A stretch of 64,000 bases of DNA. Origin: a virus. The translations under genes were made by a program, and so were the position numbers. Of this stretch, positions 19,853 to 30,684 are shown in pieces; position 1 is the stretch's first letter; every line of letters starts with the position of its first letter. Below the pieces are notes generated by a model. That model had not been told where the DNA came from and did no database searches. It saw only the letters and a program-made list of their open reading frames with translations. The DNA is taken from IMG/VR virus record IMGVR_UViG_3300044623_000784, positions 54,085 to 118,084 of that record; one strand, given 5' to 3'.

Positions 19853-21445
19853 TTAAGGGTTGCTTCGACCCTCTCCCTTTGGGTTTCTTCCAGCAACGGT
19901 TGAAGTGCTATCAGAATTATTATTTGTTCGTTCAGAGTCTCTTGCTCTTGTTGTATTTGCTTCTGCTGCCGTGGTTGGTTTAAGGTCTAAGACCTCATCG
20001 CCACCATCTCTTTGTGGCATATCCAAAACAACTCTTGCCTCGTTAGGAGTCATGATCTGATTCTTAACATAACGCTCAAGGATTTGAGACTGTGCAATTT
20101 CATCTGTCAATGTCAACTCGTTAAATACAAACTCAATGATATCTGTCTTTTCACGAATAATCTTGTTGATCATTTTTTCAAGTTGTCTCTGTGCTGGTCT
20201 TGCAACCTGCTCCTTAAAGGTACGATCCTGTGCAAGTGCTGCTGCTATAGATCCAGAATCGCCACCTCCAAGTTTAGATAGTGGTACTTGATGTGCTACT
20301 AGGATGTCATCACGGTTTTGTTTACGATACTCTTTAAATGAGCCGTCCTGTATGCCGTCTTCGATGGGCTCCATCTTGAATTCAACTTTGTTATTTTCGC
20401 TATCACCTGGAAGTGGAATATATAGCGTTCTGTGTGACTGCCCTCTGAGATTTGTCTGCAAGAATCGGAACATCTTATCTTCTGCATCTCCAGAAAGTTT
20501 TGCACCCTTTAATGTTACAACGTATCTTGGAACTGCCTTGTTTGCAAAGTAGTCGATGTTATATTGTGAGGCAAGTGAGTCTCCATGTAATGAGTTGATA
20601 GCCGACATAATGTCTGGCACTCCGTAGAATGTATTCAGAGGTGAGTACTGCTTAAAGTGAATAATCTCGTTTGGTCTAGCATCTGTTGTTAGTGGGTTTG
20701 GATTCTTTGCTCCGAAGTTACGGAAGTAGACAATCTTATTTCCAATGATCTGAACATAGCCGTCTTTGATTCTTCTTACTCGCATTGTTGTCGCTGGTAT
20801 ATGTCCAACGTATCCAATTTCTCCACGAGTGGTTCTACCAATTTCAAGGTAACCATTTCCAGTTGACTGTAAGTCTGTGTAAACCTTTTCCATTGTGGCT
20901 GTAAAAGAGTCGTCGTCATTAAGTGACTCTAGCCAGTCTCTTGCTTCAATCTTTGTTCTTTCAATTCTCTTTCTTGCCTTCTGTGTTGCACTGTTATCTT
21001 CTGATGACTCAAGTCTCATCATTGTTCTTTGAGAAACCTTGAACTCATAACCAAGTCCAACGATGTTCTCTACCTTGGCATCAATTGCTGCGTGGTTTGC
21101 AAATGAAGTGTCATAGTAGTTTGCTAATTCATAAAGGTTCCATGGTGGTGTAATGACATCGAACATTCCGTAGCCGTTTACATATACTAACCCTGGGTTT
21201 ATTTCTTTTGACTGTGCTCCATCAATACCGCTTTTTCCAGCAAGTGCTGCAGTTGTATATTGTGTTGTTGGCTCAACCATCTTGGTTGCAGATCTGCTGA
21301 TGCGCCTTTTAAAATTTGCTTCTAGTCCGTCAAGAGACTTTAGTGTATCCCAGTTACCATTAAATGGATCTGACTTTGAAAAGGTGTCATCCTTCTTTAT
21401 TGCATCATCAATTCTTGCACCGATTTCGTACTCATTATATTCCAT
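19853..21445 (-). CDS. portal protein
   Basis: TGNGYLEI, NEIIHFK, FYGVPD, YFANKAVP, ILVAHQVP and MTPNEAR portal motifs. Confidence 0.9.
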   Translation of the reverse strand: MEYNEYEIGARIDDAIKKDDTFSKSDPFNGNWDTLKSLDGLEANFKRRISRSATKMVEPTTQYTTAALAGKSGIDGAQSKEINPGLVYVNGYGMFDVITPPWNLYELANYYDTSFANHAAIDAKVENIVGLGYEFKVSQRTMMRLESSEDNSATQKARKRIERTKIEARDWLESLNDDDSFTATMEKVYTDLQSTGNGYLEIGRTTRGEIGYVGHIPATTMRVRRIKDGYVQIIGNKIVYFRNFGAKNPNPLTTDARPNEIIHFKQYSPLNTFYGVPDIMSAINSLHGDSLASQYNIDYFANKAVPRYVVTLKGAKLSGDAEDKMFRFLQTNLRGQSHRTLYIPLPGDSENNKVEFKMEPIEDGIQDGSFKEYRKQNRDDILVAHQVPLSKLGGGDSGSIAAALAQDRTFKEQVARPAQRQLEKMINKIIREKTDIIEFVFNELTLTDEIAQSQILERYVKNQIMTPNEARVVLDMPQRDGGDEVLDLKPTTAAEANTTRARDSERTNNNSDSTSTVAGRNPKGEGRSNP

Positions 21446-21447
21446 AA

Positions 21448-21834
21448 TTAGTCCTCGTCTCCATACTTAGCAATAGTATCTTTTGCTGCCTGAACTGCAC
21501 CAAGGTCATTTAGAGAAGGAATAAGTCCAGCGTTTAGTCTATCAACTTGCTCAGAATACTCTTCTTCAGAAACTCTTGTTAGTCCTGGAACAAACACACA
21601 GGTACCATCTCCTGGGTCTCCATAATGCATTGCAGTCTTTTTTAATTCTGCCATTCTTGAAATATCGTTTTTGTCTGAAGGAATATTAAGCACAGAGCCA
21701 TTGCCATCTGTAAACCACTTGCCGTTTGCCTTCTTATACACATAAAGACCCCAGTCATAGTTTTTTTCAATGACTTGTCGTCTTACATTCTTTACAATTG
21801 GTTGACCAGTTTTTGGGTCTATTAATGAATCCAT
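21448..21834 (-). CDS. hypothetical protein
   Basis: Coupled to the portal gene; preceded by TGGTATACT. Confidence 0.65.
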   Translation of the reverse strand: MDSLIDPKTGQPIVKNVRRQVIEKNYDWGLYVYKKANGKWFTDGNGSVLNIPSDKNDISRMAELKKTAMHYGDPGDGTCVFVPGLTRVSEEEYSEQVDRLNAGLIPSLNDLGAVQAAKDTIAKYGDED

Positions 21835-21852
21835 AACCATAAGTATACCATA

Positions 21853-24800
21853 TCAAACTGGATCTACTACTACCTGGTTCCAATTTACATCCGAATAGGC
21901 AGTATATTTGTAATTGCCTAGACGTAAAACCTTATCAGTATCGACTATGATCTTGTTTGTTCCAGTATAACTTTTATAAACTTCAGAAGGGTTTACCCCA
22001 TAATAACTTGTTTCTGATAAAACCAGTACCTTATTCCAGTTAAACGAACCAGTATTCCAGAACTTCCAGTCCAAGTCTAGACCATTTAGTACCTTAACCC
22101 TAAACCATGGTCTCTCTGCTACATTCTGGACTTCTTGCAAGTTTGTTGACTGATAGAAAGAAATGTTGTTAAATAACAGTGGGCCAGTCAATCTTATTGC
22201 CCCCTCAAAATATGAAAAGTTTAAACTATCTGCAAACTCAATTCCCAAAAATCCCCAGTCTTCTAATGATATAACTGGCTCTCTTACTATCTTTCCGTTC
22301 CAATAAAAACCAATGCCGTCTTGAACTAGTCCAGTTTTTGTATCTATGGCATATACTTTTGCTCGTCTTCCGCTTGGGTCACAAGCAACCATATAGAACT
22401 TTATGTAAGACTCTTTACTTTCTATCTCAAATATTTCTGTTGGAGCATATGGGAAATACTCACCATCAAACCTAACGGCAAGTTGCAAGGCAATTACTTT
22501 AAACCCGTCTGCTCTGCTTGTATTGACTGGAATCATAAGACCTCTATTTACTAGCGGATCATATGTTCCTTTTAGTTGTACTCCGCTTGTCTTTGTTAAA
22601 TATAAGTATGGTGATGATCCTGTATAAATTGAAAAAGGATTGTTCTTTTTAAAGTTATAATAAATTCCAGTTTTTGTGTATGGATAAATAGGAGTTCCAA
22701 ATGTTGTTCCTATTGGGCTTGCGTCAGATTCATTTAATGCTTGAGAAGCATAAGACAATTTCTTAATGCTGACGTTATTGATTAAAGAGTTTTTTACATT
22801 TACGTCTATGTGTGTAACAATTGATAGGTCATTAAAGTCAACTCCTGATGGTGGATAGATAATCATGTTATCTACTACTTCATATTTTGTTGTCATCCAA
22901 TCGGTTCCTGGAATCAAAACTCCGTTTCTTGCTGGTCTTTCTATTTTAACAAAATAATCTGTTACTGCGTTAGCACCTAATTCTGTATATTGAAATGTAA
23001 CATATGTTTTTACTAATGCTCCATCTGTGTCATATTTGTAATCTTTTGATATCTTATTTTTTAAATCTTCATAATCGTTATATCCTGTAAATAAATAGTT
23101 ATCGAGTGACTCATAACTTCTTTGAACTGGAACTCCATACTCATTTGCAAGATCTGCGTATGTCCAATCAATTGGGTTTGTTTCTATGGCAATTGTTTTT
23201 GATGGGATTGGATAGTTTATGTTAAACTGTATAAAGTCAAGATCAAAATACTGATCCCCCCTTGTGTCAAAAACTGACTCTGCAAAATAGGTAAGAGGTA
23301 AGTTGTCCTCCCAGTATCCATTGGCTGAAACAGCAAGAGTATATGTTTCAAATAAAATGTCTGGACACAATGTATAACTGGCTGTATGTTCAACTAGGTA
23401 ATCTTCCTCTAAAGGTATAACCCCTCCACCAGAGAGTGCTCCAGGGACTAAGTCAGTTAGACCACCGTAAGGAGGTAGAGACACTGTGTCATATCCACCA
23501 TCTATGTCTATTGTTTGATTATTTTGATACATAAAAAATATGTCTTCATGAAGTTTTGGAACTCCGACTGAGTTAAACAAAGTTTTTATTTTTTGAAAAT
23601 TATACTTTGTTGCAAATCCAACATTGTATACCTTACCAGTAAATGTTTTAGTGTTATCTTTTTCTCCTGCAACATATAGTCTTAAATCTGCTAAAGATCC
23701 AAAGAACTCTGCCACAGGGTTTCCAAACAGTTCTACAAACCTTGGTATGTTGATGCCAACTTCAAAAAAGTCGTTTGCGTCTAGAACTTGCGAAGAATAC
23801 AGCGTCTCTGAATTTCCATTGGTGTTAATTACGTATTCTAGGATATTATTCCTTACCCGTATAACAAAAGAATTTGATTTGTTTTCTTTTTCAATCTTAA
23901 AAAGTGTTTGTGGCTCTGTTACATTTCCTCTTAACTGGAAGCATCCATAAAATGCAGAGATAGGGGTTTGCAAAAAGTCAAATTTTTCAAAGAAAAGATG
24001 CCCATTAGTATCATTCCAAGTGCTATTTGGTCTAAAAGAAAAATAATCTTTTGCATCGTAGAAAAAATTTGATATGTCGGCTGTGTTGTTGGCAACCTTG
24101 TTGTCTTGAAATAACTGCTTCTCTGTTTTTGATGATAGAACAACTTTGGGAAGTGGGTGGTTAACTACTGAGATTGCTCTATTTGCAGTTGTAAGGTTAT
24201 CGCTAAACCCTTGATTCCAATTACCAGTATCTGGGTATGAGTAGTTTGCTGTATAGTCTGCAAAAGAATAATCAATTGCAATAGACGTTCCACTATAGGA
24301 TGTATTTATATTTTCTGGTATTTCAACACCCTGACCAAAAACAAATCGTCTTTTTGCAACAGCATTAGGCACTAGGTATGGATAAATGCCAACACAATCT
24401 ATGTCTATTGGAGAAACATCATCATACGCATAAAACCCTATCCAGTCTTGATTTTTTCCATCCGAGTTTAACTCGCTTGGAAGAACTGCTACATCTTGTG
24501 AATATGAGATAGAGATTACCTCTTGACCATTAATCAACAAAGAAGCAGCGTCTTTGCCAACTTTAAAATGAAGAAGCATTGGTCTTGTCCATTCACCAAC
24601 GTAGTTTGTTTTATACTGGTTGTTGACTTTTATTCCTATTGATGGTCCATCTACATATATACCGTCGTTTGATCCAATTGGTCCAATAATTCTTTTAGTT
24701 GCATTTGTGTAGGAGTTTATTCTTATCCAGGTTTCAAGTGTGTATTGTTTGAATTGTCCAACCTCATTTAGCATACCAACTCCAGGAACGATAAGTGATG

Positions 24801-25605
24801 GAAGGTTATTGTTTGGATATAAAATTGTGTGCCCTGGGGTTCCATAAACAATTGGCATACCAGCATTTTTTGCTTTTAGCATGTTGTCAGACACAAGGTA
24901 GTACCCGTCTAACTCTTGAAGACCGTAACACCTTGCAACTACTGCATCTTTCACAGATAATGCAATATTTTTATTAGTTATATCTACAGGCTTTACTCCA
25001 AGAGAAGTGGATGCAAACTCTTCTGACCACTGTCCTAAAGTTAGTCCATTTATTCTAAAAACATTCTCTGAAGCAATTACTCCTACGTAATTTATCTTAA
25101 GCACGAGTCTAATTGCTGTGTCATCTGGAGGAGCATCAAAAGTTTCTGATATAAAGACCCAGTTGGTATTTACAACTGTATCAAAGTTTTTGAGGTGAGT
25201 TATAATTTGATTACTAGTTTGATCTGTATACTGGTAGCCAATTTCAAATCCAGAAATATATGCAGTCTCTGAATAAAAATATGCCCCTACAGAAAATGTT
25301 CTAAGATATTTATTAAACTTTTTTATGTCAAATATATCTTTGCTTGTCAGCATTACAGACGCAGTCTTACTAACTGTTTGATTTGCAGTAATTCGTCCAA
25401 CGTAACTGCCAAGAAATGGCTCCCCTATGGACTCTGGATAGTCGGCAACTGTTCCGCCAACTATGTCCCACTTTGCAGTATTGGATAGAATCCTGTCAGA
25501 CTCTGAGATTAAAGAAATATAGTCTGCATTATCGTCTAATGACCATAACCCAGTAGGGTGCTCGGCAAAGACTTTTTCGGCATATAGGTTTGACGGAGTA
25601 GACAT
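21853..25605 (-). CDS. large virion structural protein (carbohydrate-binding / LamG-like beta domains)
   Basis: 1250 aa, beta-rich; YAEKVFAEHPTGLWSLDD N-terminus and YTLETWIRI LamG-like segment. Confidence 0.6.
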   Translation of the reverse strand: MSTPSNLYAEKVFAEHPTGLWSLDDNADYISLISESDRILSNTAKWDIVGGTVADYPESIGEPFLGSYVGRITANQTVSKTASVMLTSKDIFDIKKFNKYLRTFSVGAYFYSETAYISGFEIGYQYTDQTSNQIITHLKNFDTVVNTNWVFISETFDAPPDDTAIRLVLKINYVGVIASENVFRINGLTLGQWSEEFASTSLGVKPVDITNKNIALSVKDAVVARCYGLQELDGYYLVSDNMLKAKNAGMPIVYGTPGHTILYPNNNLPSLIVPGVGMLNEVGQFKQYTLETWIRINSYTNATKRIIGPIGSNDGIYVDGPSIGIKVNNQYKTNYVGEWTRPMLLHFKVGKDAASLLINGQEVISISYSQDVAVLPSELNSDGKNQDWIGFYAYDDVSPIDIDCVGIYPYLVPNAVAKRRFVFGQGVEIPENINTSYSGTSIAIDYSFADYTANYSYPDTGNWNQGFSDNLTTANRAISVVNHPLPKVVLSSKTEKQLFQDNKVANNTADISNFFYDAKDYFSFRPNSTWNDTNGHLFFEKFDFLQTPISAFYGCFQLRGNVTEPQTLFKIEKENKSNSFVIRVRNNILEYVINTNGNSETLYSSQVLDANDFFEVGINIPRFVELFGNPVAEFFGSLADLRLYVAGEKDNTKTFTGKVYNVGFATKYNFQKIKTLFNSVGVPKLHEDIFFMYQNNQTIDIDGGYDTVSLPPYGGLTDLVPGALSGGGVIPLEEDYLVEHTASYTLCPDILFETYTLAVSANGYWEDNLPLTYFAESVFDTRGDQYFDLDFIQFNINYPIPSKTIAIETNPIDWTYADLANEYGVPVQRSYESLDNYLFTGYNDYEDLKNKISKDYKYDTDGALVKTYVTFQYTELGANAVTDYFVKIERPARNGVLIPGTDWMTTKYEVVDNMIIYPPSGVDFNDLSIVTHIDVNVKNSLINNVSIKKLSYASQALNESDASPIGTTFGTPIYPYTKTGIYYNFKKNNPFSIYTGSSPYLYLTKTSGVQLKGTYDPLVNRGLMIPVNTSRADGFKVIALQLAVRFDGEYFPYAPTEIFEIESKESYIKFYMVACDPSGRRAKVYAIDTKTGLVQDGIGFYWNGKIVREPVISLEDWGFLGIEFADSLNFSYFEGAIRLTGPLLFNNISFYQSTNLQEVQNVAERPWFRVKVLNGLDLDWKFWNTGSFNWNKVLVLSETSYYGVNPSEVYKSYTGTNKIIVDTDKVLRLGNYKYTAYSDVNWNQVVVDPV

Positions 25606-25630
25606 TATAAGTCTATTTTACCACAGAAGA

Positions 25631-27664
25631 CTACTTGTTTATTTTAATTTCACAGTAATCTGTTGTGCAGTATGCCTCACCTTGAGCCTCAAGATTATCT
25701 ACACCGTCGTAAATTGCAGCAAAATCAATATGCTTTAACTTACCAACATAGGACTCATATTGCTCTTCAGTAATCTGAGTATATGGTTGTTGCGGATATG
25801 TGTGATTTCCCATTGGTAGGAATGAAACTGCCTTTAGTTGTCCCTCGTACATGTGAAGTGCTGGAACAACATGCTTTGACTCTGTTTCCTTATCAAATGA
25901 CAGTGTTACAGAAACACCATTGTCAGACCAGTACTTCTGAGCAGTTGCAGCAAGTGCAATCTTCTCAAACAATGTTACATCCTTTTCAGATCTTGGATGA
26001 CCTGACTTGATTGGGAAGTAGACTACTGAGGTGTTTGCTGATACTACGTCATCTTCAATTGTGTACCCTGCTGCTTTGAACAAGTGCATCATTGGATCTG
26101 TGTTTCCAAATCGAACTGCACGAAGGAAGAAGTTTCCTCCAGGTCCCCAGTGAACCCCAGGAGTTGCACCAGAAAGAATTGAAACTGATCCTGATGGCTT
26201 AACTGTTGTTACACGAATTGATTCACGAACACAAAGCCATTCTGAATACTGGTGGTCATAGTGACGGATCTTGTTGTATCCCTCATCCATCCACTCACGA
26301 ACAATTGGCAAACCCTTTTGATCTGCAAATGATGCTATACCTGTTAGTGACGTACCAATACGACGGTTGCGTTGCATGATACCGTTTGTTTGTGGCCAGT
26401 GTGTTGGAACAAGTGTTACGGTCTTTCCATAAAGGTATGCAAACTTAAGGGTACGCAGGAAGTCTTCCTTAGATTCATGACGATTCAAGTGCACTTCTAC
26501 AAGTGTACATAGTTCGTATGATTCCAATGGCTGCTCCGCACATGGGTTAAATCCCATCACACGATAATCCTTACCGTCTGGCGCATCCTTTAGTCGTCCA
26601 TAATTACGAGCAACATCTAGCCAGATAAAACCTGGTTCTCCGTTTTCCGTAATTAAATCTACATAGTCTTCGTACTTTGTTCCTACTTCTGCTGAAATAG
26701 AATTGTTTGACATCCAGGCCCAACCTGGATTGTCTGGGTCAAACGAGTTACGCTCTGGAAATAGTTCTGCATTCTTTAGATTCATAAATGTTTCATCGCC
26801 TGCATTACCTAAAGCAAGAGTTGCTGATCTGCGGACATTGCCTGATACCACGCAGGTACCAATGAGGTTTACTAGGTCTACAATAGCACGAGAGTCTAGT
26901 GTTTCTCCGCCTCTGGAGCCGATTACACGGTCTATCTGGTCGTGCAACTTGATAAGAGGTGCAGGTCCTGATGCAACGCCTCCAAAGCCCTTGATAGGGG
27001 CTCCAAGAGGTCTGATCAAATCATAGTTAAACTTCTGAATGCTCTGGTTTGCTCTCAAATATGAGTTGATTAGAAGTCTGACTGACTCTACCCAACCTTC
27101 ACGAGTGTCTGGAATTTCGAACACCTGTTCTGGTTCTGTTGGGGCATAGATTGAAAAATTCTTATCCTGTCCCACTGTATCAAACCCTACACCAATGCCA
27201 AGCATCAATGCATCCATAACCCAGGCAAATAGGGCTCCTGGATCATTCTTATCAAGGTCCTTTGTGGAGACCATGGCACAGTTCTGTAGTGCTGCTGAGT
27301 TCTTCTTCTCCATAGTCATAGGAGTTCCAAATGCCCACATACCACGACCTGGTGGTGTCCACTTTAATTCAAACATTCTTTGGAATGCTTCTTGTGCTGA
27401 CTTCTGAGCCTTATAGTCATTCCATGGCAAACGGTTTTCTTTAGCATGATTCTTTTGAACTGAGTACATTCCCTCGATTACACGACGACAAACCTCGTGC
27501 CATCTTTCCTTAGTTCCATCTTCCTTCATACGAGAGTAAGTACGAATAAAAGTAATTTCTCCAAGTGAATTTTCTGCTGCATCTTTAAACCCGAATGGGC
27601 TTTCTTGGCTTTTGTACTTTTCTACGAAGTCCTCTGGAAGTTTAAAACTAAAAAAATCTGACAT
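25631..27664 (-). CDS. nrdJ: class II (adenosylcobalamin-dependent) ribonucleotide reductase
   Basis: PPGRGMW, LQNC, VVSGNVRRSA, NPCAEQPL, ELCTLVE and TTVKPSGS; no C-terminal tyrosine pair and no adjacent nrdB. Confidence 0.92.
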   Translation of the reverse strand: MSDFFSFKLPEDFVEKYKSQESPFGFKDAAENSLGEITFIRTYSRMKEDGTKERWHEVCRRVIEGMYSVQKNHAKENRLPWNDYKAQKSAQEAFQRMFELKWTPPGRGMWAFGTPMTMEKKNSAALQNCAMVSTKDLDKNDPGALFAWVMDALMLGIGVGFDTVGQDKNFSIYAPTEPEQVFEIPDTREGWVESVRLLINSYLRANQSIQKFNYDLIRPLGAPIKGFGGVASGPAPLIKLHDQIDRVIGSRGGETLDSRAIVDLVNLIGTCVVSGNVRRSATLALGNAGDETFMNLKNAELFPERNSFDPDNPGWAWMSNNSISAEVGTKYEDYVDLITENGEPGFIWLDVARNYGRLKDAPDGKDYRVMGFNPCAEQPLESYELCTLVEVHLNRHESKEDFLRTLKFAYLYGKTVTLVPTHWPQTNGIMQRNRRIGTSLTGIASFADQKGLPIVREWMDEGYNKIRHYDHQYSEWLCVRESIRVTTVKPSGSVSILSGATPGVHWGPGGNFFLRAVRFGNTDPMMHLFKAAGYTIEDDVVSANTSVVYFPIKSGHPRSEKDVTLFEKIALAATAQKYWSDNGVSVTLSFDKETESKHVVPALHMYEGQLKAVSFLPMGNHTYPQQPYTQITEEQYESYVGKLKHIDFAAIYDGVDNLEAQGEAYCTTDYCEIKINK

Positions 27665-27779
27665 GTGTATCGTCCTTTCAAAAACGGAATAGTCTTAAGT
27701 ATAGCAGAGTTTTCTAAAAAGTAAAACTCTACCTAAATGTATTGTTTAGAGTTATGTAAAAACTAATTCAGTAATAGAA

Positions 27780-28406
27780 TTAGTGAATCCAGTGTTGCGG
27801 AACCATAATCTTTTCACCACTCTTGACTAAGTGTGCTGTGTGGTGATAAGGTGGTGATGGAGGAAATACAATAATACTTCCTGCTTTTGGCTTAACAAAA
27901 AAATCATAAGCATTTTTATCTGCATTTGCAAAATCTGAATCTGGAGTTGGACCCTGGATAGGACCCTTTGGATCTCTAATTGTAAAAGAGATTTCTCCAC
28001 CCTCATAATTATCATTAAGATACATTACAAAAGAAACCTTAAGTCTTTCGTCTCCTTCTTGCTGATCAAAGTGTGCACCCATAAATGTTCCTGCTTGATA
28101 CTTCTTGATTGGGTATTGAGGAAATAGTTTTGGCTCTTCAGTTATACCGTGGGCTGCTGCGTAGTCTCTTGCTACATCATCAAATGCTTTTTGCAAAGTA
28201 TTATAGATATACTTATTTTGTTCATCGGCATCTGGAGTGAGAGCAATAGTCTTATCTGTTCCGTAGACATAGTGCTGTCCGCTACATGCCATCCACTCTC
28301 CCCATTCATCCTTGTTGTCATTTTCAATTGCCTCAACAAGTTTCTTTGGGTCTTCAATTACATTTGTGTAGTAGTAAACCTTTTCTTCAAGTATTTCTCT
28401 GTCCAT
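27780..28406 (-). CDS. 2OG-Fe(II) oxygenase, prolyl-4-hydroxylase-like
   Basis: HFD, YLNDNYEGGEISF, HTAH, K. Confidence 0.88.
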   Translation of the reverse strand: MDREILEEKVYYYTNVIEDPKKLVEAIENDNKDEWGEWMACSGQHYVYGTDKTIALTPDADEQNKYIYNTLQKAFDDVARDYAAAHGITEEPKLFPQYPIKKYQAGTFMGAHFDQQEGDERLKVSFVMYLNDNYEGGEISFTIRDPKGPIQGPTPDSDFANADKNAYDFFVKPKAGSIIVFPPSPPYHHTAHLVKSGEKIMVPQHWIH

Positions 28407-28417
28407 TTTATATCTCC

Positions 28418-29080
28418 TTAAAATTTATTCTCTTCATAAAAACCTGTAATTTTTATAAAGCCTACTGTAACATAACGAATTGGTCCTTCTGTTACAAAAC
28501 GAACTCCGTGTTCATATTCTTCATTTCCTGGGAAAAGAAGTAATGTTCCTGGCTTTGGCCTTAAGTCTGAATTTTCTTTATTCTTAAAGAATAGAGTTCC
28601 ATCCTTATAGTCATCGTTGATATACAGTATAGCAGCATATTTAATCGATGGGTCTGTGTGTTGGTCTGTGTGAGACTTTAACTCAACTCCAGCCTGCATT
28701 CTCTGGAGTGTTCCAAATCCAGCAAGTTCTAGAGATGGATCTGCTAAGGTTAGAAGTTTTCCAAGTCTTAACTGAAGAGTTCTGCTAATCTCTTTATCTG
28801 TGATGTCTAGGTTTTTATCTTCCCAACCTTGAGTTATTTCAAACTTACCTTCAGCAACTAGGTTGTCAACATCATCTCGTCCAAACTTTTCCATACAAAA
28901 TCTAGCAAGATTCTTTGTATACTCGATTGACCAGTCTTCATTGGGCGTTATCTTGATTATGTCTAGCAACGTATCTAACTCATTGTCTTTTAAAAAGTCG
29001 TTAATAAATAAAACGCCATCGTGAAATACTTCGGTGTTATATCCTGCATCATCAAACTCTTTTTTTAAAAAGACTTCCAT
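28418..29080 (-). CDS. 2OG-Fe(II) oxygenase, prolyl-4-hydroxylase-like
   Basis: HTD, YINDDYKDGTLFF, HGV, RY. Confidence 0.88.
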   Translation of the reverse strand: MEVFLKKEFDDAGYNTEVFHDGVLFINDFLKDNELDTLLDIIKITPNEDWSIEYTKNLARFCMEKFGRDDVDNLVAEGKFEITQGWEDKNLDITDKEISRTLQLRLGKLLTLADPSLELAGFGTLQRMQAGVELKSHTDQHTDPSIKYAAILYINDDYKDGTLFFKNKENSDLRPKPGTLLLFPGNEEYEHGVRFVTEGPIRYVTVGFIKITGFYEENKF

Positions 29081-29827
29081 TTATAGGTCCTCCACCTTAT
29101 ACTTATTTCCATTAGCATCTAACTTCCAACCTTCTTTTAAAAGTTCTTGCCATTCGGCTCTTTCGATTTCTTGCTTGGCTCTAGTCTCTTTCATTTCTGC
29201 AGCCCAAGCATCTCTTAGTTCTTGCGGATAGTCTGACTCTTCTCTGTCATCCCAGAATGATCCAATAGTATATCTCACTCCGCTTGTAATAAGCGAGACT
29301 TCATGCATGTTGTTAAATCCGCCGTCAAACACTGCAAGCATTCCAACCTTTGGCTGAATCTCAATATTCTGATCTGGAAACCTTAATAGTCCACCTTCAA
29401 AGTTATCGTTTAGATAAAGAAATCCTGCATACCTACTTCTTGTAAATGCCCCAGAGTTTCCTTTCTCGTCAGTATTATCTGAATGAATTCTTGCATATGC
29501 TCCAGGTTCCCACTTTTGTGTGTGGTAACCAATCTTAGAAATTATTTTTGGATCTAAATCATGCACTGAGGCAATTGCTTCTGGCATCTTGCTTTCAATA
29601 TCTGAAAAGATTGTTGGCTCTAATCCAGCATCCAGGACTTCCTGATCATTATCTTGTGGAAGAACAGAGGAATATGACTCATAGAATGATATAGGCATCC
29701 AAGAGATTTTTCCGTTGTTTGCCTGAGCGTCTAACGCTTCTATCATTTTTTGACAAGTTTCTTCGTCAATAAAGTTTTCATAAACTACAATATCTTTTGT
29801 AATTCTTTTCTTGTTTTCTAGGTTCAT
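29081..29827 (-). CDS. 2OG-Fe(II) oxygenase, prolyl-4-hydroxylase-like
   Basis: HSD, YLNDNFEGGLLRF, HEV, RYT. Confidence 0.88.
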   Translation of the reverse strand: MNLENKKRITKDIVVYENFIDEETCQKMIEALDAQANNGKISWMPISFYESYSSVLPQDNDQEVLDAGLEPTIFSDIESKMPEAIASVHDLDPKIISKIGYHTQKWEPGAYARIHSDNTDEKGNSGAFTRSRYAGFLYLNDNFEGGLLRFPDQNIEIQPKVGMLAVFDGGFNNMHEVSLITSGVRYTIGSFWDDREESDYPQELRDAWAAEMKETRAKQEIERAEWQELLKEGWKLDANGNKYKVEDL

Positions 29828-30684
29828 TTTATTCTCTTTTCTTTATCGGCATTCATTTTATTAGGATGGGCATCTCTAAACTTTTGCATAATATCTGGCT
29901 GCATTTCTTTCCAAACATCTTTTCCAAACTCAGCCTCTTTTTCAAACCACTCATCATCACCAATCTCATACTTCATCCAGTACATTCTGGAGATATACTT
30001 CTTTTCTCCTTTGGCTGGCATGACTCCATGAAGATATACTTGACCTTCTTTTGTTAGTATGTCTGGATGACCAGAAGGAAATATCAAGTAGTCTCCTGCT
30101 TCTGGCTTATACATATAGGCTTCTCCATCAACAATAAAGTCAATCTCTCCACCAGTATAATCATCATTAAAGTATGTTAAAGCAGTAATTCCAAACTTAT
30201 ATCCTGGGCTGACAATTGGCTCTCTAATAAAATCAGAGTGATAGGCCATTGCTAATGGGTCTTCTATATCTGTTTTATATCTTGCTATTGCTGGGCCATT
30301 AGTTGTCCACTGATTAAAAGATTCTCCTTCACGATTTACTAAGATTTTTTCTTTATCAAAATCAACATTATTCTTAAGTATGTAATCTTGTGTGGCTAAA
30401 TGAAAGTTTTCAAAGACTTCTAGCACTGCAACTTTTTGTGCTTCTTCTTTTTCTGTATTTGTTTTTATCTTCCTAATTTCTTCAATACTCATAGTGTGTG
30501 GATAATCTTTAAACAATGGATTCATGTACTCTCCGAAGTGAGACCACTTTGTCCAAGGACTAAAAATAGCATCTTCGCTTTCGTCTTTTAATATCTCAAG
30601 TGTCTTAGTGATATCCTTAAAAAGATTCTTGTATACAAATATCTTTGGATAAAGTTCAATATGCTCTAGGAGTTTTTCTGTCAT
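29824..30684 (-). CDS. 2OG-Fe(II) oxygenase, prolyl-4-hydroxylase-like
   Basis: HSD, YFNDDYTGGEIDF, HGV, KY; likely start MTEKLL overlapping the upstream stop (ATGA). Confidence 0.87.
   Translation of the reverse strand: MTEKLLEHIELYPKIFVYKNLFKDITKTLEILKDESEDAIFSPWTKWSHFGEYMNPLFKDYPHTMSIEEIRKIKTNTEKEEAQKVAVLEVFENFHLATQDYILKNNVDFDKEKILVNREGESFNQWTTNGPAIARYKTDIEDPLAMAYHSDFIREPIVSPGYKFGITALTYFNDDYTGGEIDFIVDGEAYMYKPEAGDYLIFPSGHPDILTKEGQVYLHGVMPAKGEKKYISRMYWMKYEIGDDEWFEKEAEFGKDVWKEMQPDIMQKFRDAHPNKMNADKEKRIK

Noticed and set aside
25631-27664. Intein or intron in the RNR gene
   Set aside because: The length is normal, the motifs are contiguous and no splice-junction signature is visible.
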